From: Arenicellales bacterium
GTDB lineage: Bacteria; Pseudomonadota; Gammaproteobacteria; Arenicellales; JAJDZL01
Direction of reading: 5' to 3'
Assembly (NCBI GenBank): GCA_965200425.1
Contig: CBDAUA010000002.1
Span: forward strand, 65,392-129,391
Length of the DNA: 64,000 nucleotides
The notes below the pieces were generated by a model. That model searched no databases and was not told the origin of the DNA. It was given only the letters and a program-made list of their open reading frames with translations. The position numbers and the translations under genes are program-made. Within the stretch, counting starts at the first letter, position 1. Each line of letters begins with the position of its first letter. Below, in pieces: positions 29,754 to 40,258 of the stretch.

Positions 29754-32060
29754 ATGAATTTAGCTAGCCGCATTGAAAATCTGCTGTTCTCGAATCGAAC
29801 ATTCATTCTCATATCGTTCACCGTGCTAACCTCAGGTTTTGCTTTTTATGCGAGTCAGCTAAGAGTGGATACAAGTTTCACTAAGCTCGTACCCCTGCAG
29901 CACCCCTATATGCAAAATTATTTGAAATATCTGGAAGAGTTCGGGAGTGCAGACCGAATTGCCATTGCCCTTTTAGCAAAGGATGACAATATGTTCACTC
30001 CAGAGTATTTCGCCAAATTACGCCAAGTAACGGATGCGGTATTTTTTCTGCCAGGTGTTGACAGAACACAGGTTTACTCCCTTGTTACTCCCAATACCCG
30101 CTATACCGAAATTGTCGAGGACGGTTTAATCGGTGGTAGTGTTGTTCCAGCTAGTCTTGAGCTGAATTCAGAAGGGTTCGATTTGGTACGTGAGAACGCT
30201 ATCAAGGCAGGAATTGTTGGACGGCTTGTTGCGAATGATTTTAGTGGCACGCTGATCAGTGCGCGTCTTCAGGAATTTCATCCCGATACCCGGGAACGAC
30301 TAGATTATTTTGAAGTTGCAAGTGAACTCGAAAAGATTCGAGCTACTGCAGAGGATGACAACATTGATGTTCACATCATCGGATTTCCGATGGTCGTTGG
30401 AGAAATCAAATCAGGTGCAACTCGAGTAGTTTTATTTTTTGGGATCGCCTTCCTGATTACCGCATTTTTTCTGTTCCTATACACCAATTCTCTTCGTCTA
30501 ACTGTATTTCCCTTATTGTGTTCTATCGTTGCTGTTATCTGGCAATTAGGCGCTACTACTGCACTTGGGTTTGGTATCGATCCAATGTCATTGCTAGTGC
30601 CGTTCCTAATTTTCGCAATTGGAGTTAGCCATGGTGTACAGATGATCGGTACCATGCGATTGGAAGTTTCAGATGGGGCAACTACATTTAATGCCGCCCG
30701 CGGGAGTTTTCGGCGCCTACTGATTCCTGGTGCAGTCGCACTAGTCTCTGACACTATCGGCTTTTTGACGATTGCATTCATTGAAGTTAAGGTTATTCAA
30801 GAGATTGCACTAACCGCAAGCTTAGGTGTTGCATCAATCATACTTACAAATTTGATTTTGCTGCCGGTTTTGCTTTCTTTTCTCGACACCAAATCGATGC
30901 GAACGCAATATGCTAGTCGGTTAGAACGCAGTTTACAACCTTTTTGGGCTATTCTAGCTCGTCTAGCGCATCGTCGACCAGCTGCGATCGTAATAATGGT
31001 AATCACTTTGGTCTTGTTGATATTTGCTTATCCACTTGCTACTCAAGTAAAAATTGGGGATCAACATCAAGGAGTACCCGAATTAAGACCTTCTTCCAAA
31101 TACAATATCGATTCCGCAGAAATCATTAAGCATTTCGATACTGGCATTGATACTTTGTCGGTTTATACAGAAACAAAACCGGATGGTTGTATTGACTGGA
31201 ACATCATGGACACGATGAATCAATTCGAGTGGAAAATACAGAATATAGAAGGTGTTCAATCTGTCAGCGGAATGGCTGGTGTCGCAAGAACTGTTACCGC
31301 TGGACTGAACGAGGGCAACCTCAAGTGGAAAGAACTTTCTAAAAACCAATATGTGCTTGCTCAGTCGGTATCCTTCGTTCCAACAACGAGTGGTTTATTG
31401 AACAGTGATTGTAGCGTCATGCCAGTCATAATTTACACAACCGATCACAAAGCTTCCACCATCGAGCGAATCATTGGCGCTGTCAAAGAATTTCAAAAAA
31501 ATTCTACAACCGGTGAAATCGATTTTTTTCTGGCAGGCGGCAATGTAGGTGTTATGGCAGCAACAAATGAAGAAGTGAAAGAATCACAATTTCAGATTTT
31601 AGGGTATGTATTCCTATCTATCGCTGCTTTGTGTTTTATATCGTTTCGTTCTCTAGCGGCAACTATCTGTATCATTGTTCCACTCAGCATCGTATCTGTG
31701 TTCGCCTACGCTTTGATGTCTCATTTACAAATTGGTTTAAAGATTTCTACCTTGCCGGTTGTAGCGCTCGGTGTAGGAATAGGTGTTGACTACGGAATTT
31801 ATATCTACGGTAGAATACGTTACTTTTTGAAAGAAGGACTGAACTTTGCAGAGGCATTTGAAAAGACTCTCGCTTCGACGGGTACTGGTGTCGCTCTTAC
31901 CGGCCTAACCTTGGGCACCGGTGTTGGTACTTGGATCTTTGCGCCTTTGGCATTTCAAGCAGATATGGGAACGATGCTTACCTTTATGTTCTTAGTCAAT
32001 ATGCTTGGTGCGATCATTCTGTTACCCGCGATGGGTGCATGGTTGATCGCAAAGAAGTAA
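29754..32060 (+). CDS. RND-superfamily (MMPL/COG1033-like) inner-membrane transporter
   Basis: 768 aa. Two blocks of about 6 TM helices, each preceded by a large periplasmic loop. Confidence 0.8.
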   Translation: MNLASRIENLLFSNRTFILISFTVLTSGFAFYASQLRVDTSFTKLVPLQHPYMQNYLKYLEEFGSADRIAIALLAKDDNMFTPEYFAKLRQVTDAVFFLPGVDRTQVYSLVTPNTRYTEIVEDGLIGGSVVPASLELNSEGFDLVRENAIKAGIVGRLVANDFSGTLISARLQEFHPDTRERLDYFEVASELEKIRATAEDDNIDVHIIGFPMVVGEIKSGATRVVLFFGIAFLITAFFLFLYTNSLRLTVFPLLCSIVAVIWQLGATTALGFGIDPMSLLVPFLIFAIGVSHGVQMIGTMRLEVSDGATTFNAARGSFRRLLIPGAVALVSDTIGFLTIAFIEVKVIQEIALTASLGVASIILTNLILLPVLLSFLDTKSMRTQYASRLERSLQPFWAILARLAHRRPAAIVIMVITLVLLIFAYPLATQVKIGDQHQGVPELRPSSKYNIDSAEIIKHFDTGIDTLSVYTETKPDGCIDWNIMDTMNQFEWKIQNIEGVQSVSGMAGVARTVTAGLNEGNLKWKELSKNQYVLAQSVSFVPTTSGLLNSDCSVMPVIIYTTDHKASTIERIIGAVKEFQKNSTTGEIDFFLAGGNVGVMAATNEEVKESQFQILGYVFLSIAALCFISFRSLAATICIIVPLSIVSVFAYALMSHLQIGLKISTLPVVALGVGIGVDYGIYIYGRIRYFLKEGLNFAEAFEKTLASTGTGVALTGLTLGTGVGTWIFAPLAFQADMGTMLTFMFLVNMLGAIILLPAMGAWLIAKK

Positions 32061-32117
32061 GATATATTTAATTTGATTCTTCGGTTTCAAACTAGCTTCT
32101 AGCATTACTTTAGGCAA

Positions 32118-32600
32118 TTGACTGATCTCACACACTTTGACGAGCACGGCGATGCTCGTATGGTTGATGTTGGTGCAAAAGACATCACATCTCGTTGCGC
32201 GGTTGCAGAAGGCTACATCAAAATGTTGCCGACCACTCTTGAAAAGATCATTTCTGGAACAAACAAAAAAGGTGATGTCATCGCAGTTGCTCGTTTAGCA
32301 GGCATCATGGCGGCAAAAAGAACTTCAGATCTCGTTCCCCTTTGTCACCCACTTTCTTTAACCCACGTTTCGTTAGATTTTCAATGTAAACAGCAGTCTT
32401 CTATCGTTATCTGTACTGCAACCGTTGAGACTCGGGACAGAACTGGAGTTGAAATGGAAGCCTTAAACGCAGTCCAAGTCGCCCTACTAACCGTTTACGA
32501 TATGTGTAAAGCCGCAGATCGCAATATGTCTATCGAGTCAGTGCGATTGCTCAAGAAATCTGGTGGGCGATCGGGAGAGTGGATACGTGAACAAGATTAG
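32118..32600 (+). CDS. moaC: cyclic pyranopterin monophosphate synthase
   Basis: 160 aa. [40 protein letters not shown]. Confidence 0.9.
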   Translation: MTDLTHFDEHGDARMVDVGAKDITSRCAVAEGYIKMLPTTLEKIISGTNKKGDVIAVARLAGIMAAKRTSDLVPLCHPLSLTHVSLDFQCKQQSSIVICTATVETRDRTGVEMEALNAVQVALLTVYDMCKAADRNMSIESVRLLKKSGGRSGEWIREQD

Positions 32601-33861
32601 TCTTAGTTCGCCTTCTAGCTGTATGGATCCTTGTGATACAGGGTCTACACCCTATGAACAAGCTCTCGATGAAATTTTGAGTCAAATCAAGCCGGTGGCT
32701 GGCACCGATCGGCTCCCTATTCGAGACGCTTTGTACCGTGTTTCAGCGGAAAACATTTGTGCTGCTCAGAACATTCCCGGGAATCGATGTTCAGCGATGG
32801 ATGGTTATGCATGTCGCTACAAAGACTTAGCACAATCGGGGGAAAAATCTCGCCTTAAAGCTGTCGGGACTTCTTCTGCTGGGCACCCGTTTTTCGGTAA
32901 AGTTAACGAAAAAGAATGTATTCGTATATTTACCGGTAGTGTGGTTCCAGATGAGTTGGATACAGTCATCATGCAGGAAGATTGTGAAACCAAAAACGAC
33001 TGGATCTATACCCAAAATTCACACCGAAAAAATCAACACATTCGAAACGCGGGAGAAGACATCGCGATCGGTGAAATTGCAATACCCAAGGGTCAACTAA
33101 TTGGCACTTCTGAACTCGGTTTGTTGGCATCTGTTGGTCATTCCGAAATCGTTGTTCGAAAAAAACCTACAGTTGCTTTTTTCTCCACCGGTGACGAGCT
33201 GCGGGCAGTTGGGGAAACTTTGGGGCCCGGAGATGTCTATGATAGTAATCGGTATTCGCTTTTCGCATTGCTTGAAGCTTCACATGTAGATTCCATCGAT
33301 TTAGGGGTTGTTCGTGATGATCTAGATCAAACAATCGCTGCTTTAATTACTGGTGCACTGCAAGCGGATGTGGTTGTAAGCTCAGCTGGTGCTTCAGTCG
33401 GTGACGCTGACTTTGTCAAACAAGCGATTGAATCCATCGGTGAATTGAAACTGTGGAAGGTTGCAATGAAGCCGGGACGACCCCTGGCTTTTGGCCACTT
33501 CAAGAACACCTGGTTTTTTGGTCTACCTGGAAATCCAGTTTCTGTGATGGTAACTTTCGATAAGTTCGTCAAACCAGCCCTACAAAAACTGCGCGGTCTG
33601 CAACAACCCAATTCAACGTTACAAATCAAAGCTCAGTGCTCAAAACCAATTTTCAAAAGGCCCGGCCGACTTGAGTTTCAACGTGGTATTCTGTCATTCA
33701 ATGGCGATGGTCAAGCCATTGTCGAATCAACTGGCAACCAAAGCTCAGGTGTCCTTTCTTCAATGAGCCGAGCAAATTGTTACATTGTTTTACCGGTCGA
33801 AACTGCAAATTTGAAAGAGGGTTCAATGGTCATGGTTGAACCGTTTGCCACTTCGATATAA
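32563..33861 (+). CDS. moeA: molybdopterin molybdenumtransferase
   Basis: 432 aa. MDGYA, FSTGDEL and GLPGNPVS motifs. The listed start overlaps moaC by 38 nt. GTG at 32587 or ATG at 32623 are more likely starts. Confidence 0.88.
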   Translation: MGDRESGYVNKISLSSPSSCMDPCDTGSTPYEQALDEILSQIKPVAGTDRLPIRDALYRVSAENICAAQNIPGNRCSAMDGYACRYKDLAQSGEKSRLKAVGTSSAGHPFFGKVNEKECIRIFTGSVVPDELDTVIMQEDCETKNDWIYTQNSHRKNQHIRNAGEDIAIGEIAIPKGQLIGTSELGLLASVGHSEIVVRKKPTVAFFSTGDELRAVGETLGPGDVYDSNRYSLFALLEASHVDSIDLGVVRDDLDQTIAALITGALQADVVVSSAGASVGDADFVKQAIESIGELKLWKVAMKPGRPLAFGHFKNTWFFGLPGNPVSVMVTFDKFVKPALQKLRGLQQPNSTLQIKAQCSKPIFKRPGRLEFQRGILSFNGDGQAIVESTGNQSSGVLSSMSRANCYIVLPVETANLKEGSMVMVEPFATSI

Positions 33862-34440
33862 ATGCCAGCAAAAGAAGCTAGTGACTCAGATCGCTGGAAT
33901 CGCAAATATAAAACGAAAGAGCATGGCAATAGCCTAAACCCTGATCCTCTCTTAGTTGAATACTCCCAGCTATTTTCGACTTCACAAGTCGTCGTTGACT
34001 TAGCCTGTGGCACTGGACGTCATGCGATCTATATGGCGAAATTGGGTTGCTTTGTCGTCGCCATAGATGTCAGTCGAATCGCAATAGAAAAATGTGTAGA
34101 TTTTGCTAAAAAGTCAGACGTGACTGTTTATCCTGTAATCGCCGATCTAAACATGTACCGATTTGCACCGAGTACTTTGGATGCAGTCGTTTGCTTCAAT
34201 TACCTAAATCGAGGTTTTGCAAAGAACATTCACGAGGCACTCAAACCCGGTGGTTTGCTTGTGATGAAAACCTTTAACAAGAACTTTTTGCAGGTAAACC
34301 CCAAATTCAATCGAAATTATGTACTAGCACCTGGCGACTTAGCCGAGATGTTCGGGTCGCTTCGGATGATATCTTTACTCGATGGTGGTAAAAAGAACAT
34401 CACAAAAAGTCACCTCGTAGCCCGCAAACCGATTTCATAA
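33862..34440 (+). CDS. class I SAM-dependent methyltransferase
   Basis: 192 aa. Motif I VVDLACGTGRHAIYMAKLG. The ATG follows the moeA stop codon directly. Confidence 0.75.
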   Translation: MPAKEASDSDRWNRKYKTKEHGNSLNPDPLLVEYSQLFSTSQVVVDLACGTGRHAIYMAKLGCFVVAIDVSRIAIEKCVDFAKKSDVTVYPVIADLNMYRFAPSTLDAVVCFNYLNRGFAKNIHEALKPGGLLVMKTFNKNFLQVNPKFNRNYVLAPGDLAEMFGSLRMISLLDGGKKNITKSHLVARKPIS

Positions 34441-34465
34441 TTTTATGGGAGCTCGAGCTTCATAT

Positions 34466-34771
34466 TTAGTGATGAAGCGATTTTTCTTGTCGAGCTCGAT
34501 AAGCCGCTTTCTGTTCAGCTGTCGCCTCTAGTTGAAATTTATCCTTCCATTCTGAATAAGGCATGCCGTAAACTATTTCTCGACAATCTTCATAACTTAG
34601 TTCATGCCCTCTTTCGTCAGCAGCTGCTCTATACCATTTCGAAAGGCAATTTCGACAAAAATTTGCTAAGTTCATTAAATCAATATTCTGCACTTCTGTG
34701 TGCGTCCGAAAGTGTTCGACCAAACGTCGAAATGCTGCTGCCTCTACTTCCAATTGTGTTTGACTATCCAT
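34466..34771 (-). CDS. DUF1244-family small protein
   Basis: 101 aa. AAAFRRLVEHFR....NIDLMNLANFCRNCLSKWY. Confidence 0.65.
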   Translation of the reverse strand: MDSQTQLEVEAAAFRRLVEHFRTHTEVQNIDLMNLANFCRNCLSKWYRAAADERGHELSYEDCREIVYGMPYSEWKDKFQLEATAEQKAAYRARQEKSLHH

Positions 34772-34782
34772 CTCTCATATCC

Positions 34783-35235
34783 TTAGTTTAATTTTGCCCA
34801 AGGGCCCGCGGTATTGTGTTCTACCCAACGGCTCTGCCCGTCAGTTAGGTACTCTTTTTTCCAGAATGGTGCTTTTGATTTTAGTTCTTCAACTAACTTT
34901 TCACAGACTTCAAAAGCGTCCGCTCGATGCGCTGACCAAACAGCAACAAGAACAATGGCTTCACCAGGATTAATGTCACCAACCCGATGCAACACCAAAA
35001 TCTCATCTACATCGTTTTTACTGGATACTCTCTCGGCAAATGAAGACAAATGCTGTTCAGTCATTCCCGGATAGTGTTCGAGAAGCATTTTGGATACGTT
35101 GTCACCTTCGTTGAAATCACGCATACTTCCAACAAACATCGCGGTTGCACCAAATGAACCTGAAATCAATTGATTTTGATGACTCTTCAATTCAACCCAG
35201 ACATCAAATGGAGTTTCACGAATTTCAATCTTCAT
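34783..35235 (-). CDS. moaE: molybdopterin synthase catalytic subunit
   Basis: 150 aa. GA...FVG.MRDFNEGD, VAVWSAHR, PFWKKE. Confidence 0.85.
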   Translation of the reverse strand: MKIEIRETPFDVWVELKSHQNQLISGSFGATAMFVGSMRDFNEGDNVSKMLLEHYPGMTEQHLSSFAERVSSKNDVDEILVLHRVGDINPGEAIVLVAVWSAHRADAFEVCEKLVEELKSKAPFWKKEYLTDGQSRWVEHNTAGPWAKLN

Positions 35236-35237
35236 GA

Positions 35238-35486
35238 TTAACCTCCAGTTACTGGTGGAAAAAAAGCTATTTCATCACCATCTCCGACGACTGCGTCGAA
35301 TTTTGCATACTGTTGATTAATTGCGACCAGCGCATTATCCGGTGCTGCTTGATTCTGAACGCTTTTAGTCCAGACATCTTGTACTGTATGAATTCCATCG
35401 GAGTCTAGAACTTCATATCGCTTCCCAACATGATCAGCCAAACTCGCAAAAAAACGGACTTGAATACTCATGATTAATCGCGCCAA
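35238..35486 (-). CDS. moaD: molybdopterin synthase sulfur-carrier subunit
   Basis: Ends ...EIAFFPPVTGG (C-terminal Gly-Gly). The likely start is the ATG at 35471 (MSIQVRFFASL). Confidence 0.8.
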   Translation of the reverse strand: MARLIMSIQVRFFASLADHVGKRYEVLDSDGIHTVQDVWTKSVQNQAAPDNALVAINQQYAKFDAVVGDGDEIAFFPPVTGG

Positions 35487-36506
35487 CTAGATCGTTGCTT
35501 CCATACCATCAGTGTATTCTCCCATGGATGCATATGCGTTCACCAAAGCGCGTTCTAATGCAGATCGATGTACTTTTTCTTTATTAGCGTTGTTACCACT
35601 CCATGCACGCATCGGAGCTTGTTGTAAAGCTCGCCCGTAAGAAAATGTCATTCGCCATGGAACTTCAACATTGAGTTGGTTCATCCTGTTTAGATGCACA
35701 GTAGCCTGTTCATCAGTCTGACCACCAGACAAAAATGCTATGCCAGGTACTTCAGGTGGAACAGTCGCCAATAGGCACTCGACCGTTTGTTCGGCCACTT
35801 CATCCACGCTAGCTTGTTGTGGACAGTCTTTTCCAGACAGGACCATATTGGGTTTTAGAACTATACCACTCGGAATTACTTTTTGTTCCTCAAGTTGCTC
35901 AAATACCACAGCAAAAGTTCTTTCAGACACTTCTCTACAAGTTTCGATCGTATGAGTACCATCCATCAAAACTTCAGGCTCAACGATCGGAACCAAACCT
36001 GCTTCTTGACACAGGGCTGCGTAACGAGCAAGACCATGCGCGTTCGCCATGATACAAGCGTTCGTTGGAAAGCCATCACCGATTGTGATAACGGCTCGCC
36101 ATTTGGAAAATTTTGCCCCTAGTTCGACATATTCTGCCAATCGTTCTCGCAATCCATCAAGACCTTCAGTGACTTTCTCGCCAGGATGACCCGCGAGAGG
36201 CTTTGCGCCTTTGTCGACTTTAATACCAGGTACGATACCTCGCTCATTCAGGTAGTCGGCAAATGGAGTCCTCCCATCCACCTTTTGCCGAAGTGTTTCG
36301 TCAAAGAGTATCGCCCCACTGATGTAGTTGGAAATTTTCGGTGTAGTGACGAGTAAACTTCGGTAACTCACTCGCGTTTCAGGTGTTGAATCCACACCTA
36401 AATTCTCAAACCGAGAAGTGCAAGTTCCGGTACTTTCATCCATAGCGAGTATACCTCGCCCCGACGCTACCATCGCTTTGGCAGTTCTTTGAAGCTGGTC
36501 AAGCAT
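35487..36506 (-). CDS. fba: fructose-bisphosphate aldolase, class I
   Basis: 339 aa. GILAMDES, GIKVDKG and KWRAV, characteristic of class I (Schiff-base) aldolases. Confidence 0.9.
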   Translation of the reverse strand: MLDQLQRTAKAMVASGRGILAMDESTGTCTSRFENLGVDSTPETRVSYRSLLVTTPKISNYISGAILFDETLRQKVDGRTPFADYLNERGIVPGIKVDKGAKPLAGHPGEKVTEGLDGLRERLAEYVELGAKFSKWRAVITIGDGFPTNACIMANAHGLARYAALCQEAGLVPIVEPEVLMDGTHTIETCREVSERTFAVVFEQLEEQKVIPSGIVLKPNMVLSGKDCPQQASVDEVAEQTVECLLATVPPEVPGIAFLSGGQTDEQATVHLNRMNQLNVEVPWRMTFSYGRALQQAPMRAWSGNNANKEKVHRSALERALVNAYASMGEYTDGMEATI

Positions 36507-36548
36507 GTCAATATTGCTCCTTAAATTATTGGTTTAATAAACCTTACT

Positions 36549-37973
36549 CTATACTACAAGAATTTTCATCGTATTCGTACCGCCGGGAATCCCAGCTAAC
36601 TCTCCCCGAGTTAAGAGTAATATGTCACCATTTTTGATGATATTACGTTCAAGACAGCCTTTGATCACTTGGAATTCGATTTCTATAGGAGAGTCTTCGT
36701 CATACTGAAATTGAATGGGATGAACTCCTCGATATAGGGCGACTCTGCGTGCGGTGGACGCATGGGGTGTAACCGCATAAACCGGAATTCCAGAAATCGT
36801 ACGTGACAACAACTTTGAAGTGGAGCCAGATTCAGTCAATGCCAAAATTGCTGTAATTTCGTAGTGGCGAGCTGTGTGCATTGTCGCCATAGCGACTGCT
36901 TCTTCGGTACTCGAATATTTTTTGACACCACGCTCCACTCGATTCACTTGTGAATCTGTTGACTCTGACCCTCTACAGATGCGGTCTGCAGTTGCAACTA
37001 CCCGCGCAGGATGCTTTCCAATTGCGGATTCTTGAGACAACATTATGGCGTCAGTACCGTCCAACACCGCATTGGCAACATCCAACACCTCGGCCCGAGT
37101 TGGACTTGGACTTGTGACCATAGAAGTCATCATCTGCGTCGCTGTAATTACTGTTCGATTACGCTCTCTGGCGGCCTTGACCAACATTTTCTGCACTCCC
37201 GGCAGTTGTGCATCACCAATCTCTACTGCTAAATCTCCACGCGCAATCATAATTCCATCGCTAGCATCGACGATTGATTCAATATTTGTCACCGCTTCTA
37301 CGCGTTCTATCTTTGCGATAATGCCACCGTCACAACCTGAAGCTTTCAACAAGGCACGCGCCAACCGTACATCGATTTCGCTACGAACAAAGGAAACGGC
37401 AAGATAGTCGACATCTAATTCTCCTGCAAAGCGAATATCCTGATGATCTTTGGGTGTAAGTGAAGCCGCCGTCAGGCCACCTCCTTGCTGATTGATTCCC
37501 TTCGAATTGGATAATTTGCCACCGACGATCACTTCCGTATGTATGACAGGATCTAAAACTTGGGTAACCTCTAGTACGATATTGCCGTCATCCAAGATTA
37601 GAATGTCACCTAATTTCACATCCCTTGGTAGCTCTTTGTAGGTTACTCCGACGCGCTCCTGAGTACCTTCATCATGATTCATTTCAACATCGAGCTGAAA
37701 CATGTCGCCTTCTTTTAGCGTGACAAAACCATCTCGAAATTTTGTAATTCGAATTTTGGGGCCTTGTAAGTCAGCCAAAATGGCCAAGGGCTTGTTCTGT
37801 AATGCCGCGTGTTTACGCGCTAAGTCGATTCTCTTACGCTGATCTTCAATTGCTCCATGCGAAAAATTAAGTCTTGCTACATCGAGTCCGCATGCAATGA
37901 GTTCCGACATCTCTTTATCAGAATCTGTCGCTGGTCCCAAGGTGGCTACAATTTTTGTTTGGCGATGATCCAT
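36549..37973 (-). CDS. pyk: pyruvate kinase
   Basis: 474 aa. TKIVATLGPA, ARLNFSHG, MIARGDLAVEI, VITATQMM. Confidence 0.92.
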   Translation of the reverse strand: MDHRQTKIVATLGPATDSDKEMSELIACGLDVARLNFSHGAIEDQRKRIDLARKHAALQNKPLAILADLQGPKIRITKFRDGFVTLKEGDMFQLDVEMNHDEGTQERVGVTYKELPRDVKLGDILILDDGNIVLEVTQVLDPVIHTEVIVGGKLSNSKGINQQGGGLTAASLTPKDHQDIRFAGELDVDYLAVSFVRSEIDVRLARALLKASGCDGGIIAKIERVEAVTNIESIVDASDGIMIARGDLAVEIGDAQLPGVQKMLVKAARERNRTVITATQMMTSMVTSPSPTRAEVLDVANAVLDGTDAIMLSQESAIGKHPARVVATADRICRGSESTDSQVNRVERGVKKYSSTEEAVAMATMHTARHYEITAILALTESGSTSKLLSRTISGIPVYAVTPHASTARRVALYRGVHPIQFQYDEDSPIEIEFQVIKGCLERNIIKNGDILLLTRGELAGIPGGTNTMKILVV

Positions 37974-37976
37974 AAC

Positions 37977-39176
37977 TTAACCTGCCCTAAGTTTTTGTCT
38001 CGCGGCTCTTTCTGCGTGGCGCTTCAAAGCTGCAATCGCAGGTAATTCATTGCCTTGAACATATTCCAGGAATGCACCGCCACCAGTGGAAGCATATGAA
38101 ATCTGATCCACCACTCCAAATTGTTCTAAGGCGGCTAAGGTATCACCGCCACCAACCGCTGAAAAGACTGATTGATTCGTGACGCAGTCGGCTAGTGCTC
38201 GCGTGCCAGCTTCAAAATGAGGCACTTCGAATACTCCGACAGGCCCATTCCAGATAATCGTCTTGGACTTTTTGATCATCTCACAATAGAGCTGGCGAGT
38301 AAGCGGCCCTATATCGAATATCATATCGTTTTCAGTTACTTGATCGATTTTCTTGACACAGGAATTCTCTCCATCTGACAAGGACGGTGCAACCACTACA
38401 TCCAATGGCAATGGTATTTCGCAGTTGTTTTGTTGGGCGAAATTGATCACCTCAGCTGCGACCTCTAATAATTCAGGCTCGTATAACGAATTACCTACTT
38501 TAAATCCTTGAGATGCTAGAAATGTATTCGCGATCCCACCGCCTACGATCAAACTACTCGATAACTGAGACAATCGACGTAAAGCCTGTAGTTTTCCATC
38601 AATTTTCGAACCACCCACGATAGCAGTGACAGGTTGAATTGGATTATCCAGTGCCAGTTGTAGCGAATCCAGTTCATACTGGCAAAGAAGACCCAAACAT
38701 GCAGTGTCCACAAAATCGACGACTCTTGTCAGTGATGCATGATCGCGATGGGCTGTGCCGAATGCGTCTAGTACAAATACATCACAAATGTCGGCCATCT
38801 GCCGACTCAAAGATTCACTGCAGCTAGTTTCACCGTTCAAAAATCGGACATTTTCACATACCGCGATTTGCCCCGGAGGAACTTCCGAGTGGCTCAACCA
38901 ATCAGTCAAAAATAAAATCTTGCAGTCTAGCAGTTCTTCAATTCTTCGAGCGATGGGCTCGAGTGAAAATCGTTCTTCAAAACACCCTTCTTTGGGACGT
39001 CCAAAATGCGAAATGACGAGAGCGGCACCATTGGCTTCGCGTACGTATTTTATGGTATCGATGGAAGCTCTTATTCTGTTGTCGGAACGAATATTGCTTG
39101 CTTCGCCCGAAACATTCAAGTCTGCTCGAATAAGAACTCGCTTTTCGTAAAGATCGACCTGCTGAAGCTTGATCAT
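37977..39176 (-). CDS. pgk: phosphoglycerate kinase
   Basis: 399 aa. VLIRADLNV, SHFGRPKEG, GGGDT, STGGGAFLEY. Confidence 0.92.
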   Translation of the reverse strand: MIKLQQVDLYEKRVLIRADLNVSGEASNIRSDNRIRASIDTIKYVREANGAALVISHFGRPKEGCFEERFSLEPIARRIEELLDCKILFLTDWLSHSEVPPGQIAVCENVRFLNGETSCSESLSRQMADICDVFVLDAFGTAHRDHASLTRVVDFVDTACLGLLCQYELDSLQLALDNPIQPVTAIVGGSKIDGKLQALRRLSQLSSSLIVGGGIANTFLASQGFKVGNSLYEPELLEVAAEVINFAQQNNCEIPLPLDVVVAPSLSDGENSCVKKIDQVTENDMIFDIGPLTRQLYCEMIKKSKTIIWNGPVGVFEVPHFEAGTRALADCVTNQSVFSAVGGGDTLAALEQFGVVDQISYASTGGGAFLEYVQGNELPAIAALKRHAERAARQKLRAG

Positions 39177-39194
39177 TTTCGATGCAAAACTACC

Positions 39195-40205
39195 TCATTT
39201 CGCACTCATTAATGCCATGGTCGTATCCAACATACGATTTGAAAACGCCCACTCGTTGTCATACCAACAGCAAACTTTCGCTGTGCGCTGACCTACCACT
39301 CTAGTTGTTGCAGCTTCGAATACCGAAGAAATCGAACAATGATTGAAATCTATCGAAACCAAAGGTGTATCGTTGAAGGCCAAAACGCCTTCCATTTCAC
39401 CATTTGCGGCTTGCTTCACTGCATCATGAATTGCATCAACTGTTACTTCCGATTCGGTATGAACTGTCAAATCTACCAACGAGACATTGGTCGTCGGCAC
39501 TCGAATCGCAAATCCATCCAGTTTGCCCTCAAGTTCCGGTAGAACCAAGCCAATAGCTTTGGCAGCACCAGTGCTTGTTGGAATCATCGATTGAGTGGCA
39601 GAACGAGCACGCCTTAGATCCTTATGAAATACATCGGTTAGAACTTGATCATTGGTGAAGGCATGTACCGTAGTCATCAGTCCTGACTTAATACCAAATG
39701 AGTTGTTCAAAACTTTTGCTATCGGCGCGAGACAATTCGTTGTGCAAGATGCATTGGAAATCACTTGATGGTCAGAACTCAAAACATCATGATTTACACC
39801 GTAAACAATTGTCGCATCCACCCCTTGCCCTGGTGCCGACAACACGACCTTCGATGCACCTGCTTCGAGATGTCCGGACGCCTTTTCTTTGCTCGAAAAA
39901 AATCCGGTACACTCCAGTACCACGTCTACATCTAATTCACCCCAGGGTAAATTCGCTGGCACTCGTTCTGACAGAGTACGTACCAATGCACCATCAACAG
40001 TAAACCCATCTTCGACAACCTTGACATCAGCTGCAAATCTTCCATGTACAGTGTCATACTGCAACAAATGTGCATTGGTATTTCGGTCCGCTAAATCATT
40101 GATAGCAACGAAATTTAAATCATTTCGATATTGTGATTCGTAAAGCGCACGCATGACGTTGCGCCCGATTCGTCCAAATCCGTTAATCGCAACATTAATT
40201 GACAT
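39195..40205 (-). CDS. gap: type I glyceraldehyde-3-phosphate dehydrogenase
   Basis: 336 aa. INGFGRIGR, catalytic [18 protein letters not shown]. Confidence 0.9.
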   Translation of the reverse strand: MSINVAINGFGRIGRNVMRALYESQYRNDLNFVAINDLADRNTNAHLLQYDTVHGRFAADVKVVEDGFTVDGALVRTLSERVPANLPWGELDVDVVLECTGFFSSKEKASGHLEAGASKVVLSAPGQGVDATIVYGVNHDVLSSDHQVISNASCTTNCLAPIAKVLNNSFGIKSGLMTTVHAFTNDQVLTDVFHKDLRRARSATQSMIPTSTGAAKAIGLVLPELEGKLDGFAIRVPTTNVSLVDLTVHTESEVTVDAIHDAVKQAANGEMEGVLAFNDTPLVSIDFNHCSISSVFEAATTRVVGQRTAKVCCWYDNEWAFSNRMLDTTMALMSAK

Positions 40206-40258
40206 AAATTTTCTGATTCCCTCTTTTGTAAATTTGTGTTAGTCTATGCAAATTTCAG

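Noticed and set aside
32563-32600. 38-nt moaC/moeA overlap as a possible programmed frameshift or fusion.
   Set aside because: It is more simply explained by an over-extended moeA start. In-frame GTG at 32587 and ATG at 32623 give normal MoeA N-termini.
35487-36506. Class I aldolase as evidence of horizontal transfer.
   Set aside because: It sits inside a conserved core operon with no compositional break visible by eye, and class I FBAs occur natively in several gammaproteobacterial lineages. Not supportable without phylogeny.
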